Source: Escherichia phage JSE. Taken from it: a DNA stretch of 64,000 nt. The stretch lies in the sequence record EU863408; one strand, written 5' to 3'. Under the pieces are notes generated by a model. It saw only the letters and a list, made by a program, of their open reading frames with translations, did no database searches and was not told the DNA's origin. The position numbers were made by a program, and so were the translations under genes. Below are positions 47,101 to 55,281 of the stretch, one piece after another (positions within the stretch are counted from its first letter, which is position 1; the number at the start of each line of letters is the position of its first letter).

Positions 47101-47877
47101 TTACACGCGAGCACCGTAGATCGTGCCTACTTTATCCCAGCGTGGAGCATTACCAGTAACGGCTTTACCAGCAGCACCACCGTTATATTCTGTACCGTTC
47201 CCCTGAGTATTACATCTTCCTCCAGCAGCACCAACGTTACCGCCCGCACCGCCTGTATATGCACTAAGAGACCCCTCACCAACAGATCCTTTACCAGGAG
47301 CGGAAATAGTACCAGCAGTTGCACCGGAACTCATATGAGAGGAAGACCCACCAGCACCGAATGGGCGACCACCGCCACCACCAAATACTAGTCGACCCCT
47401 GTTACCGCCGCCACCGCCGCCACCGCCGCCAGCGATAGCACCGTTATTTGTAATTCGTAGACGTGTACCGATAGCGTTATTGATTGCGTTTCCACCAGCA
47501 GCGCCAGCAGCGTTACTACCACCATTACCCCCACGTCCGTAGACAGTCACACCGGAGTTAATGATCAATGTTACATATTCGTTTGTTAACGAGCTAGGGA
47601 AGTCAAGACAAGGAACGCCAGTAGATTGGGAAACAATATCACCAGTGATAGTAATTACTACAGGAGTAGATCCTTGTGCTTTCATCCAGTTAATAAGAGT
47701 GTCTTTATTGTAAGAGTTACTAGCACCAATGCTATAATGAATCTCTTTAGAGCGTCCGACCATTGCCGACATATACGCCGGACGACCTAAGCGTACAGCT
47801 TCCATTGCGGCACTCATCCACCGTTGACCAGTCTCGGACACAGCAGATGATCCTACCCATCCAGAAGATATTGCCAT
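47101..47877 (-). CDS. glycine-rich protein of unknown function
   Basis: 258 aa; C-terminal two-thirds dominated by Gly runs incl. nine consecutive Gly from (GGC/GGT) repeats; own terminator. Confidence 0.6.
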   Translation of the reverse strand: MAISSGWVGSSAVSETGQRWMSAAMEAVRLGRPAYMSAMVGRSKEIHYSIGASNSYNKDTLINWMKAQGSTPVVITITGDIVSQSTGVPCLDFPSSLTNEYVTLIINSGVTVYGRGGNGGSNAAGAAGGNAINNAIGTRLRITNNGAIAGGGGGGGGGNRGRLVFGGGGGRPFGAGGSSSHMSSGATAGTISAPGKGSVGEGSLSAYTGGAGGNVGAAGGRCNTQGNGTEYNGGAAGKAVTGNAPRWDKVGTIYGARV

Positions 47878-47891
47878 AAAATTTCCTCACA

Positions 47892-47913
47892 AGAAAAGCC
47901 CCATTTAAGGGGC
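47892..47913 (-). terminator. terminator-like hairpin
   Basis: minus RNA GCCCC-UUAAAU-GGGGC then UUUUCUU. Confidence 0.45.
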
Positions 47914-47931
47914 ATTGATTGATAATATTAC

Positions 47932-48153
47932 TTAGATGATCTCTGCTTCACCATCCAAGAAGAAAGACCATGTTTTGTTAGGATAGCGAAGCGCCCATGA
48001 TTCGGCAGTTTTAACACCAGTTTCGAACAATTGACGGCTGGTCACTTTAGCCATACCATCTTCGATGGCAACGTTTTCAATAATCATCGGGTACTTAGCG
48101 CCACGCATGAAACCGAAGCCAGCGGAAGATTTGATAATTTTAACAGTTGCCAT
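47932..48153 (-). CDS. hypothetical protein
   Basis: track ORF 47932-48207; start MATVKII at 48151-48153 with AGGAGAATCAAAA. Confidence 0.5.
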   Translation of the reverse strand: MATVKIIKSSAGFGFMRGAKYPMIIENVAIEDGMAKVTSRQLFETGVKTAESWALRYPNKTWSFFLDGEAEII

Positions 48154-48192
48154 TTTTGATTCTCCTAGAAAGTGTCGTGTTTCGATGGGTGT

Positions 48193-48221
48193 ATTATGCA
48201 ATAACACCGGATCGCTGTCAA
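48193..48221 (-). promoter_or_regulatory. sigma70-type early promoter (PeSL-like)
   Basis: minus strand TTGACA, 17-nt spacer, CATAAT; conserved CGAAACACGACAC 5' leader. Confidence 0.55.
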
Positions 48222-48240
48222 CACTTTCTAAGAAAAATTT

Positions 48241-48525
48241 TTAAACTAATCGAATATAGCCCAGAATTTCAGCACCTTTAGCCAGTCCTAAAACTTCCCA
48301 TTCAAGGTCGCCGTAGTCATAATTTGCAACCATCAACTGACCATTTTTCATGCAGCAATCATGAGAGAAAATTTGCCCCGCATAAACTACGATAGTAATA
48401 AACTTTCCTGATTCTGGCGGTGTGGAAGACAAAGCGACCATATGACCATTCAGCTTAGTAACCAGTGATGGAACAATAAAATTCGGGCTTACCTTAATAC
48501 CGTTAAATTCGTTTGTGTCTTTCAT
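48241..48525 (-). CDS. hypothetical protein
   Basis: 94-aa ORF. Confidence 0.45.
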   Translation of the reverse strand: MKDTNEFNGIKVSPNFIVPSLVTKLNGHMVALSSTPPESGKFITIVVYAGQIFSHDCCMKNGQLMVANYDYGDLEWEVLGLAKGAEILGYIRLV

Positions 48526-48872
48526 GCCAGACCTCGCAAAACACTAATAGCATAATCATGCTGGTTATTCATAATATCAATTGCATTGTGATAACGAGCT
48601 AAACCATCAAGGATAAATTCTTGTTTATCCTGTTTCAGTTTGGTATCACGCGCAGCCATAAGAGCATCAAGAACAGGTCCAAAGTGATTATCTAATTCAT
48701 CTTCGGTTGCAATGTTTCCTATTGCCTCGTCTATCCGTGATTCTAATGCTTGCTTTTCGTTGATCACTTGCTGGGTATATTCCAACACATCAAGAATATC
48801 GCGGGTAACGTCGCCATGATAAGGTATTCCCGCATGAAGATGATCAATTAGTCGTTGAATGTCAATGTTCAT
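48522..48872 (-). CDS. hypothetical protein
   Basis: 116-aa ORF, ATGA-coupled. Confidence 0.45.
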   Translation of the reverse strand: MNIDIQRLIDHLHAGIPYHGDVTRDILDVLEYTQQVINEKQALESRIDEAIGNIATEDELDNHFGPVLDALMAARDTKLKQDKQEFILDGLARYHNAIDIMNNQHDYAISVLRGLA

Positions 48873-49207
48873 TTGTAACCCTCCTCTGAAAGCACATCCC
48901 AGATCGTTGAGTCAAGGTGCATTAAATTCCACATAATAGAGTCATAACTACCGAAGCCAGAAGTAAAAATTACATCACACTGGCGATATGTCTTATGAAA
49001 ATCGGTGGCTGTCTCTGCATCAATAGGCATATCGTCACCTGAAAGCACCAGACATTTAAGAATCATAACTCTGTTAGCCGTTGGCGCTTGCTTAGTCTTT
49101 TCAGCATATTTTTCGATGATCCGTTTTGCCTTTTCTTCTTTGATACGTCCAGACCAAATCCGGTTTCGGTATTGATTCATAATAATTTCAATCACATCAT
49201 TTTGCAT
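48869..49207 (-). CDS. hypothetical protein
   Basis: 112-aa ORF, ATGA-coupled. Confidence 0.45.
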   Translation of the reverse strand: MQNDVIEIIMNQYRNRIWSGRIKEEKAKRIIEKYAEKTKQAPTANRVMILKCLVLSGDDMPIDAETATDFHKTYRQCDVIFTSGFGSYDSIMWNLMHLDSTIWDVLSEEGYK

Positions 49208-49406
49208 TCTTCACGGTCTCCATAATGGTTTTGTAAGCCAGTTTAAGATGATCACCGAAAAACTTTGCGGTGTTACCCTTCGGATCGCGGAGCATGGTTT
49301 CTACGATCTCATCGGCAGTAACAATTTCTCCTTTCTTTGCTGCATGTTCTACCATATACTTCAAAGTTTCTTCGGAAGCAAGTGCTGCGGCTACTGGATT
49401 AATCAT
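49197..49406 (-). CDS. hypothetical protein
   Basis: 69-aa ORF; AGGAGAATCAAAA-ATG. Confidence 0.45.
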   Translation of the reverse strand: MINPVAAALASEETLKYMVEHAAKKGEIVTADEIVETMLRDPKGNTAKFFGDHLKLAYKTIMETVKNAK

Positions 49407-49436
49407 TTTTGATTCTCCTTTGTTGTCGATGTGTGC

Positions 49437-49465
49437 ATTATGCTATACCCTATTCCGGTTGTCAA
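49437..49465 (-). promoter_or_regulatory. sigma70-type early promoter
   Basis: minus strand TTGACA, 17-nt spacer, CATAAT. Confidence 0.55.
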
Positions 49466-49470
49466 CACCT

Positions 49471-49506
49471 AAAAACGAAAAAGCCACCCTTTCGGATGGC
49501 TTTTTG
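49471..49506. terminator. bidirectional intrinsic terminator
   Basis: hairpin AGCCACCC-TTTC-GGATGGCT flanked by A-run and T-run. Confidence 0.6.
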
Positions 49507-49735
49507 ATTATATTTTATTCACGTCCATTTGTATAGTAGTGTTTGAATCGACCTTTGCTAAACTAGTTAAACATAGTAACCAATTCACCATCCCTTTCCA
49601 ATGATAACCCTTCCTCGTCTTAGACGGGTCTTCCGATTCGGTAGTAATTGAACACGCGAAAGTATGAGGAAGCCAAATAGTTGTGTTAATGCTAGTATTC
49701 TTTTACTTCTGGTATGCATCCCACGGTGACTAACA

Positions 49736-50134
49736 TTAAGCCAGTCGAGTGAGTTTATAAATTGTTTTAAAGCATAGAGCTTTGATATCGTCTAAAACGC
49801 TCTGTAACGAGCTATCAACATCATTATAAATCTCACTAGCCATTTGCGTTAACTCTTGCAAATAGGCAATTTCGCTAATCTCCTTGCGGACGACCAACTT
49901 TGGCTGATAACGACCAGTGATCCCAATATTGGTTTCAGTGAAATTATCAACCAATTCTTGCATTTCAAGATAGAACTCTTCTAGAGCCTTATGTTTTGCA
50001 TAAGATCCAGGACCAGTTACCCCAAAATGCGCAGAATGCATATAAGTAACACTCATCAGACATTCACCGATAAAGCGGTCAACTTTATTAGCCTTTCCCT
50101 CTTCGGACGTCTTTAGAAAATCACTGAATTTCAT
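49736..50134 (-). CDS. hypothetical protein (weak ferritin/Dps-like pattern)
   Basis: 132 aa; HSAHFGVTGPGSYAKHKALEEFYLEMQE resembles Dps helix A/B; not verified. Confidence 0.4.
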   Translation of the reverse strand: MKFSDFLKTSEEGKANKVDRFIGECLMSVTYMHSAHFGVTGPGSYAKHKALEEFYLEMQELVDNFTETNIGITGRYQPKLVVRKEISEIAYLQELTQMASEIYNDVDSSLQSVLDDIKALCFKTIYKLTRLA

Positions 50135-50423
50135 GTTCTAGATTCTCCATATTATGCAACAGAACAAATTGTTGTGCGGCATATCCCCCCATAATAAAAC
50201 ACTGCCTAGAATCCATACATTTACTACGAGCATACATCTTCATAATATGGGCATGAAATTTCTGGCTGGTTTCAATGGAAGGAGATATTTTGTTTACATA
50301 TACTATCATTGCGCCGTCGAAATAATCAGTAAAGTCACCAGTTGGATCATATTGATCAGCACCGACACTTCCGACCGCAGTCAAGCATATTGCCGCTGTT
50401 AGAGTTTTACGAATAAATGACAT
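50121..50423 (-). CDS. small secreted protein (signal peptide)
   Basis: 100 aa; N-terminus MSFIRKTLTAAICLTAVGSVGA. Confidence 0.45.
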   Translation of the reverse strand: MSFIRKTLTAAICLTAVGSVGADQYDPTGDFTDYFDGAMIVYVNKISPSIETSQKFHAHIMKMYARSKCMDSRQCFIMGGYAAQQFVLLHNMENLEHEIQ

Positions 50424-50456
50424 AAGTCATTCCCCCAGATTGAAAATATTCAGTTA

Positions 50457-50464
50457 TATTTATA
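50457..50464 (-). promoter_or_regulatory. candidate T4-type late promoter (TATAAATA)
   Basis: minus-strand TATAAATA about 33 nt before ATG of 50121-50423, inside a 9-bp inverted repeat. Confidence 0.35.
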
Positions 50465-50491
50465 ATCTGGGGCTTTATTTATGATTAACTC

Positions 50492-51088
50492 TTATTTGGT
50501 AGTACCGTCAATAAAATGTTTACGACACACAGAAACATATTTATCCTCTGCACCAACTTCTATTTGAGCACCATCGCGAATAACATTACCCTCTTTATCT
50601 ACACGAAGGACCATTGTTGCTTTCTTGCCACAATGACAAATACCCTTCATTTCGACCAGTTTATCAGCAAATGCCATTAATGCCGCAGATCCTTCAAATA
50701 GATTGCCCTGAAAGTCAGTGCGAAGGCCATAGCACAGTACAGGGATATTAGCATCATCAACAAGCGCACACAAGCCTAAAACATGCTCTTTAGTCATAAA
50801 TTGGGCTTCATCTACAAATACAGCATCAGGACGCCAGCGATCCGGTCTACGCTTACCTAACGATTCACGATAAACCAAATCGAAAAGATCATCCGATTTA
50901 GTGAAGGTGATCGCTGGGGCACTTAGGCCAATTCGGGAAACGACTTCACTTTCTGAATCTCGATTATCAATCGCTGGCTTAAGAATTAATACTCGCATAT
51001 CACGTTCTGTATAGTTATAAGCACTTTGTAACAGAGAAGTTGATTTGCCAGCGTTCATAGATGCATAGTAGAAATATAATTGCGCCAT
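50492..51088 (-). CDS. tk: thymidine kinase
   Basis: 198 aa; P-loop YYASMNAGKSTSLLQ; C-terminal zinc motif CHCGKKA...CRKH. Confidence 0.9.
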   Translation of the reverse strand: MAQLYFYYASMNAGKSTSLLQSAYNYTERDMRVLILKPAIDNRDSESEVVSRIGLSAPAITFTKSDDLFDLVYRESLGKRRPDRWRPDAVFVDEAQFMTKEHVLGLCALVDDANIPVLCYGLRTDFQGNLFEGSAALMAFADKLVEMKGICHCGKKATMVLRVDKEGNVIRDGAQIEVGAEDKYVSVCRKHFIDGTTK

Positions 51089-51381
51089 TAATTAATCTCC
51101 AAAAATCCAACAAGACCTAAACCGATATAAGTCCAGATACCAATAAAAAAGATGTTAATGCTCATGGCAAGGATAAACCCTTTCAGCGTTTTGGGATACC
51201 CGACCCAATATTCCCGACCATCTTCTAACCGGATCAGTTTATTGCCTTGAGAGTCCATATCAACTACAACATGTTTATTTCGAGATTGCAATAGATATTG
51301 TTTTACAATCTCTACACCCGCCATAATAACAATAACGAAAATAAAAGTCCACACAACAAGATTAATGATAGTCTCAAGCAT
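51088..51381 (-). CDS. small membrane protein
   Basis: 97 aa; two hydrophobic segments; ATGA-coupled to tk. Confidence 0.5.
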   Translation of the reverse strand: MLETIINLVVWTFIFVIVIMAGVEIVKQYLLQSRNKHVVVDMDSQGNKLIRLEDGREYWVGYPKTLKGFILAMSINIFFIGIWTYIGLGLVGFLEIN

Positions 51382-51616
51382 TTTCTATCACCTCCACCCA
51401 ATCAGGTGTTTCCTGAAAGACTCCTTCTCCTTCATGATGGTCGCAACCTTTATTGCTACAATACATCCACCAATCCCACATTCCCCACGGTAAACGCTGC
51501 ATATCGTCGTTACAGCAAGTGAAGATAATAGGCCAACCACATCTAACACATCGGCAGTTTTCTTTCATGTGAGCGGTATTCGGCTTCTTCATAGATGACT
51601 CCAATATAATCGACAT
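51374..51616 (-). CDS. Cys-rich small protein
   Basis: 80 aa; CRCVRCGW...CC...C..C.HHE. Confidence 0.45.
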   Translation of the reverse strand: MSIILESSMKKPNTAHMKENCRCVRCGWPIIFTCCNDDMQRLPWGMWDWWMYCSNKGCDHHEGEGVFQETPDWVEVIENA

Positions 51617-51819
51617 TTACATTTAGGGCAATGCGGTTCTTTAATATAATACCCGTCTGTCTTTGGAACACTAACAGGAGCGGTTTTTATATTGTATTCA
51701 GTGAAACAACGAAAACAAGTTACGTTTTCTACAGACTGACGTTTCACCCAATCACCGGAATATAGATCATTTTTATTTGTCATATTCAACCACCACAATG
51801 TTAATGTCTGGAGTAGCAA
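51589..51819 (-). CDS. zinc-ribbon small protein
   Basis: 76 aa; CFRC...CPKCKC. Confidence 0.45.
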   Translation of the reverse strand: MLLQTLTLWWLNMTNKNDLYSGDWVKRQSVENVTCFRCFTEYNIKTAPVSVPKTDGYYIKEPHCPKCKCRLYWSHL

Positions 51820-52228
51820 TATTAATGATCTCTTCTACACATTCCCACTCAAGGCCACCGATACCGCAACCGATTTTAGGAATATAGAAAGGCTGTATAG
51901 CACCTTCAAAAACATCATTGATAGTCTCAAATCCTTTCAGGATAGCACCATATTCAGCATTTGGACCCGGTCGGAATTGGGTATATAGATTCACCCCGCA
52001 CCAGTTATAACCATTAACTTGATGCGTCCAGACACTAAACCCACCCAGCTTTTCTACCTTACCGCGAGAAGTTTGCTTGTCAATCTCTAACGCTTGCGGG
52101 AACTCTTTCGCGATCTTTGCAGCAATACCAGCACCCATAGTATGAAAACAATTACAACCATGAATTAAATGACCGTTTCCTTGTTTAAACAGGGCGATGA
52201 GATCGCCCTTTACAGTATCAATAATCAT
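51773..52228 (-). CDS. macro-domain-like protein (putative ADP-ribose binding/processing)
   Basis: 151 aa; signature HGCNCFHTMGAGIAAKIAKEFPQA typical of one macro-domain family; SD GAGAGG. Confidence 0.55.
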   Translation of the reverse strand: MIIDTVKGDLIALFKQGNGHLIHGCNCFHTMGAGIAAKIAKEFPQALEIDKQTSRGKVEKLGGFSVWTHQVNGYNWCGVNLYTQFRPGPNAEYGAILKGFETINDVFEGAIQPFYIPKIGCGIGGLEWECVEEIINIATPDINIVVVEYDK

Positions 52229-52243
52229 AATATAAACCTCTCA

Positions 52244-52603
52244 TTAGTCACGGGAAGACAACCCAGCCATAAAACGGCTTAACAGTGTGTCGCGATAAGC
52301 AAAGCATAATTGCTTATCAGGGGCAGTATCACAAAGGTTGCGTTTTGTTTTAGCAAAGCTGGCAATACTCAGATCCCACGCTCGATTTTTTCGTTTTTCG
52401 TCTCGACCTTGTTTGTATGCTTCGTCGAGTTCAAGTGCGATAAAATCACTACACATGTTATCATCATCACAGAAAGTTTTAATGATCTTTTTGTTGATCT
52501 CAAATCCTTTGTATTCGAACTTTGGATAAGGGCGCTCATTACTAGCAAGCGCACCAGCCGAGAACATCATAGCAATCATAGCAATTATTGTCAACTTTTT
52601 CAT
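52244..52603 (-). CDS. secreted protein (signal peptide)
   Basis: 119 aa; N-terminus MKKLTIIAMIAMMFSAGALA; several Cys. Confidence 0.5.
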   Translation of the reverse strand: MKKLTIIAMIAMMFSAGALASNERPYPKFEYKGFEINKKIIKTFCDDDNMCSDFIALELDEAYKQGRDEKRKNRAWDLSIASFAKTKRNLCDTAPDKQLCFAYRDTLLSRFMAGLSSRD

Positions 52604-52610
52604 ATATTCC

Positions 52611-53201
52611 TCAATAGCGTTTAGTCTTAAGAATGCCTTTACTCTTTAGATGGTTAGCCTTTTTTAGTACATCATCAGCATAACCTAACCCGGCTTTATA
52701 GTTCCATCCAGCATTGTAAGAAGCTAGCGCGAGTCGGATATTACCGTTTCGAACATCCAGCCAGTATGCTAACTCATCCATCGCGTAGAATGCAGAAACC
52801 TCGCGATTCATGATAAAGTTGATAGTCTGGCGATCACTCATTTTAACACCGCGCTTTGCATTTTTCGCTTTCACCGTTTTAAGGTAATTTTGAAATAATC
52901 CATAAGCATGATGATTTTTCTTTGGTGCTAAGTTTGCACCCGCGCTTGATTCTTGCCATGCGATACCCGCCAGGATGTGACCTAAACCCTTTCCGTTATA
53001 GCGAATATTCGGATGGTCCTTTTTCAACTTACCGCTTTTCTCGAATTGCTCGCCGTATTGATAGGCGAAATGTAAATTATCTAGTTGGTGTGCTGTAAAG
53101 TTGTCTATCGGCGCTTTTTTGATCGGTGCGCTAGTCGATGCGTGTGTAGCACCAACGGCTAGTGACAGACTCAATACTATCGCTTTTAGAACTTTTAACA
53201 T
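52611..53201 (-). CDS. lytic transglycosylase-like (SLT domain) with signal peptide
   Basis: 196 aa; signal peptide MLKVLKAIVLSLSLAVGATHA; SLT motifs AWQESS, GLFQ, YNAG. Confidence 0.6.
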   Translation of the reverse strand: MLKVLKAIVLSLSLAVGATHASTSAPIKKAPIDNFTAHQLDNLHFAYQYGEQFEKSGKLKKDHPNIRYNGKGLGHILAGIAWQESSAGANLAPKKNHHAYGLFQNYLKTVKAKNAKRGVKMSDRQTINFIMNREVSAFYAMDELAYWLDVRNGNIRLALASYNAGWNYKAGLGYADDVLKKANHLKSKGILKTKRY

Positions 53202-53235
53202 TAATTTCTCCTGTTTGGCTTAACTTTCTGATTCC

Positions 53236-53264
53236 ATAATATAGCCCTATCACCAGAAAGTCAA
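53236..53264 (-). promoter_or_regulatory. sigma70-type promoter
   Basis: minus strand AATGCTTGACT (TTGACT), 17-nt spacer, TATTAT. Confidence 0.45.
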
Positions 53265-53287
53265 GCATTATTTTTAACCAATTTCCA

Positions 53288-53710
53288 TTATTGGTCTACC
53301 TTCAAAACAACCGCCGACATTTTACCCGCCAGTCGTTTTGGATTCTCTATAATCATTCGGCAGCATAGACCGTGATATGGCTTACCCTCTTCGATTAGAT
53401 CTACTGTCATCCCGATCCACATGTTACCGTCAGTAATTTCTAATCGATTCGGTCGGTCTTCCATTTTCAGGAAGTCGAAGATCTCCGGCAAACGAGTTTC
53501 TATCTTATTGAATAGTTCCATTGTCTTATGTTCATCGATATGACGATCGGTTAGACGGTCGATCATATGCGGACTAAAGCGAATGAAAATATACTCACCG
53601 TAACCATCATTCAAGCACTTTTCTTTGATCTGCGCATTGGTTTTGCGCATTTCGGTTTCGAAGAATCTACGCAGCTTACTACGGCGAACATGTACGTTAA
53701 TTGTTTCCAT
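53288..53710 (-). CDS. regB: RegB endoribonuclease
   Basis: track ORF 53288-53752; start METINVHVRRSKLRR at 53708-53710; RLEITDGNMWIGMTV and CRMIIENPKRLAGK match T4 RegB. Confidence 0.75.
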   Translation of the reverse strand: METINVHVRRSKLRRFFETEMRKTNAQIKEKCLNDGYGEYIFIRFSPHMIDRLTDRHIDEHKTMELFNKIETRLPEIFDFLKMEDRPNRLEITDGNMWIGMTVDLIEEGKPYHGLCCRMIIENPKRLAGKMSAVVLKVDQ

Positions 53711-53714
53711 TTTA

Positions 53715-54050
53715 TTATCCTTTCTTAAACAAATTGCGAATCCAGTATACAAACGGGATTTCTTTAAACTTGAATTTCTCTATAGTTAATTCTTTAGTAG
53801 CAAGATGAATACCATAAGCATCATGTGTAACTATATGCCATTTTCTATAGCCCAAATGTGAACAACCGTCTGGATCTAGGTTAATAAGAGTTTCTCGCTC
53901 ACTAGGATTATTTTTCCACAATTTTGTAATAGGATCGCACATAATTCGACCTAGCGTACCATGAATAATCTCACAACGGTAAAGTTTTCCAGCAGTGAGA
54001 TAGGCGCACCCGTCATAGTCGGTATAAACAAACACTTCTTTAACACTCAT
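53715..54050 (-). CDS. hypothetical protein (tandem paralog family C)
   Basis: track ORF 53715-54110; start at ATG 54048-54050 (SD AAAGGAG); DPDGCSHLGYRKW module shared with next two ORFs. Confidence 0.45.
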   Translation of the reverse strand: MSVKEVFVYTDYDGCAYLTAGKLYRCEIIHGTLGRIMCDPITKLWKNNPSERETLINLDPDGCSHLGYRKWHIVTHDAYGIHLATKELTIEKFKFKEIPFVYWIRNLFKKG

Positions 54051-54081
54051 TTTAATACTCCTTTGTTGTTTCGATGGGGGT

Positions 54082-54110
54082 ATATTACTACCCCCGATCA
54101 TGTGTGTCAA
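54082..54110 (-). promoter_or_regulatory. sigma70-type early promoter (PeSL)
   Basis: minus strand TTGACA, 17-nt spacer with GGGGGUA/UACCCCC stem, TAATAT. Confidence 0.55.
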
Positions 54111-54354
54111 CTACTTTTTCAAGATTTTTTTTGATTGCATTCCAAAGACCTTTATTTCCAGGTTGTTTTGGTTCTTCGATCAGTGTCCATGTTCGACCGT
54201 CTAAGTGTGCACAATTTTTAAGGCAAATAAAAATCTGGTGTCCCTTATCAGCACGGATATAACCACTATTCGCAAATCTTTCATGTGGTGTATATTCATA
54301 CAGTGTATTAGGTGTAATATACTTGCGGTTACTATAAGGTGTCATCACATACAT
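54088..54354 (-). CDS. hypothetical protein (family C)
   Basis: track ORF 54088-54372; ...KNCAHLDGRTWTLIEEP module. Confidence 0.45.
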   Translation of the reverse strand: MYVMTPYSNRKYITPNTLYEYTPHERFANSGYIRADKGHQIFICLKNCAHLDGRTWTLIEEPKQPGNKGLWNAIKKNLEKVVDTHDRG

Positions 54355-54548
54355 CATGGTACTAACTCCCAACGATCACCGCGAAGATGAGAACATCCAC
54401 CATCAAGAAGTATCGTAATACGATAACCTATATCATCTTTGATGTAACCGATTGTCGGTGGATTTTCGTCGTCTCGTGCCGGGGTAAAATCATACATCTT
54501 TCCGGGCGTAATATCTTGTCCTTTATTGCTATTGGTATAAACTTGCAT
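54354..54548 (-). CDS. hypothetical protein (family C)
   Basis: 64 aa; ...DGGCSHLRGDRWELVP module. Confidence 0.45.
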   Translation of the reverse strand: MQVYTNSNKGQDITPGKMYDFTPARDDENPPTIGYIKDDIGYRITILLDGGCSHLRGDRWELVP

Positions 54549-54569
54549 TTTCTTAATCTCCTATATTAA

Positions 54570-55268
54570 CTAACCACGGGTATAGTGTTCCAGAACAACG
54601 GTCAGATGAATATATTCTAATAGATCTTTCCAAAAGTCAACATCTGGTTCTTCCGGCATACCGTTTTTCTTTGCCTCTTCACGCGCGAGTTTAACACGCT
54701 CGTAGAGATCTTTCAATTCTTCCCGCACATTATCAAAGGTTCTTTCTCCTAACTTACACGCTAAAATAGAAGAACGTCGCGCGAGCGGGAATTGTAGATC
54801 ACCTGTCTGATAGATTTCAAGTAGCTGATAACCAACACGCAGAGCATGAGAAAGATCTTTCCAGTTACTGAAATACTTTTCAGATTTGGCTACCTGCTTT
54901 TTGAGATAGCCAGACAAACCCCACATACCAACATGATAGAATTTATCTCGATGTGTTCGGATGTATTCCCATTCTCTGGAGGATTCAACCAACATGTTAC
55001 TAGGCGCGTGCACCATATCAATAGCGCCGATATCGCCTTTACATGCCAGATTGATAAACCGTTTTAGACTGAACATATTAACGTCAATATCGTCTTTGGT
55101 GTTCTTGATCCCTTGACCGCTAGTGCTTTGATCATAGTGTTCTTTCATCGATCCTAAGATAATTTCTTTCGCAGTCGGAACAAAGATACCACGATAATCT
55201 TTATCGGAATTTTCAGTATCAAGGCCGTATAAGTGAGATCCGAAGACCATTTTAACCATTGTATGCAT
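54570..55268 (-). CDS. predicted nucleotidyltransferase (pol-beta superfamily)
   Basis: 232 aa; N-terminal GSHLYGLDTENSDKDYRGIF fits the G[SG]...D.D signature. Confidence 0.55.
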   Translation of the reverse strand: MHTMVKMVFGSHLYGLDTENSDKDYRGIFVPTAKEIILGSMKEHYDQSTSGQGIKNTKDDIDVNMFSLKRFINLACKGDIGAIDMVHAPSNMLVESSREWEYIRTHRDKFYHVGMWGLSGYLKKQVAKSEKYFSNWKDLSHALRVGYQLLEIYQTGDLQFPLARRSSILACKLGERTFDNVREELKDLYERVKLAREEAKKNGMPEEPDVDFWKDLLEYIHLTVVLEHYTRG

Positions 55269-55281
55269 AATTAAACCCTCA

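Noticed and set aside
47340-47470. GGC/GGT repeat tract as a CRISPR-like or tandem DNA repeat
   Set aside because: It is an in-frame codon repeat inside a coding sequence; no spacer-repeat periodicity.
49507-49735. tRNA gene in the ORF-free gap
   Set aside because: A 7-bp acceptor-like pairing exists but no D-arm, anticodon arm or GTTCRANNC T-loop could be placed on either strand.
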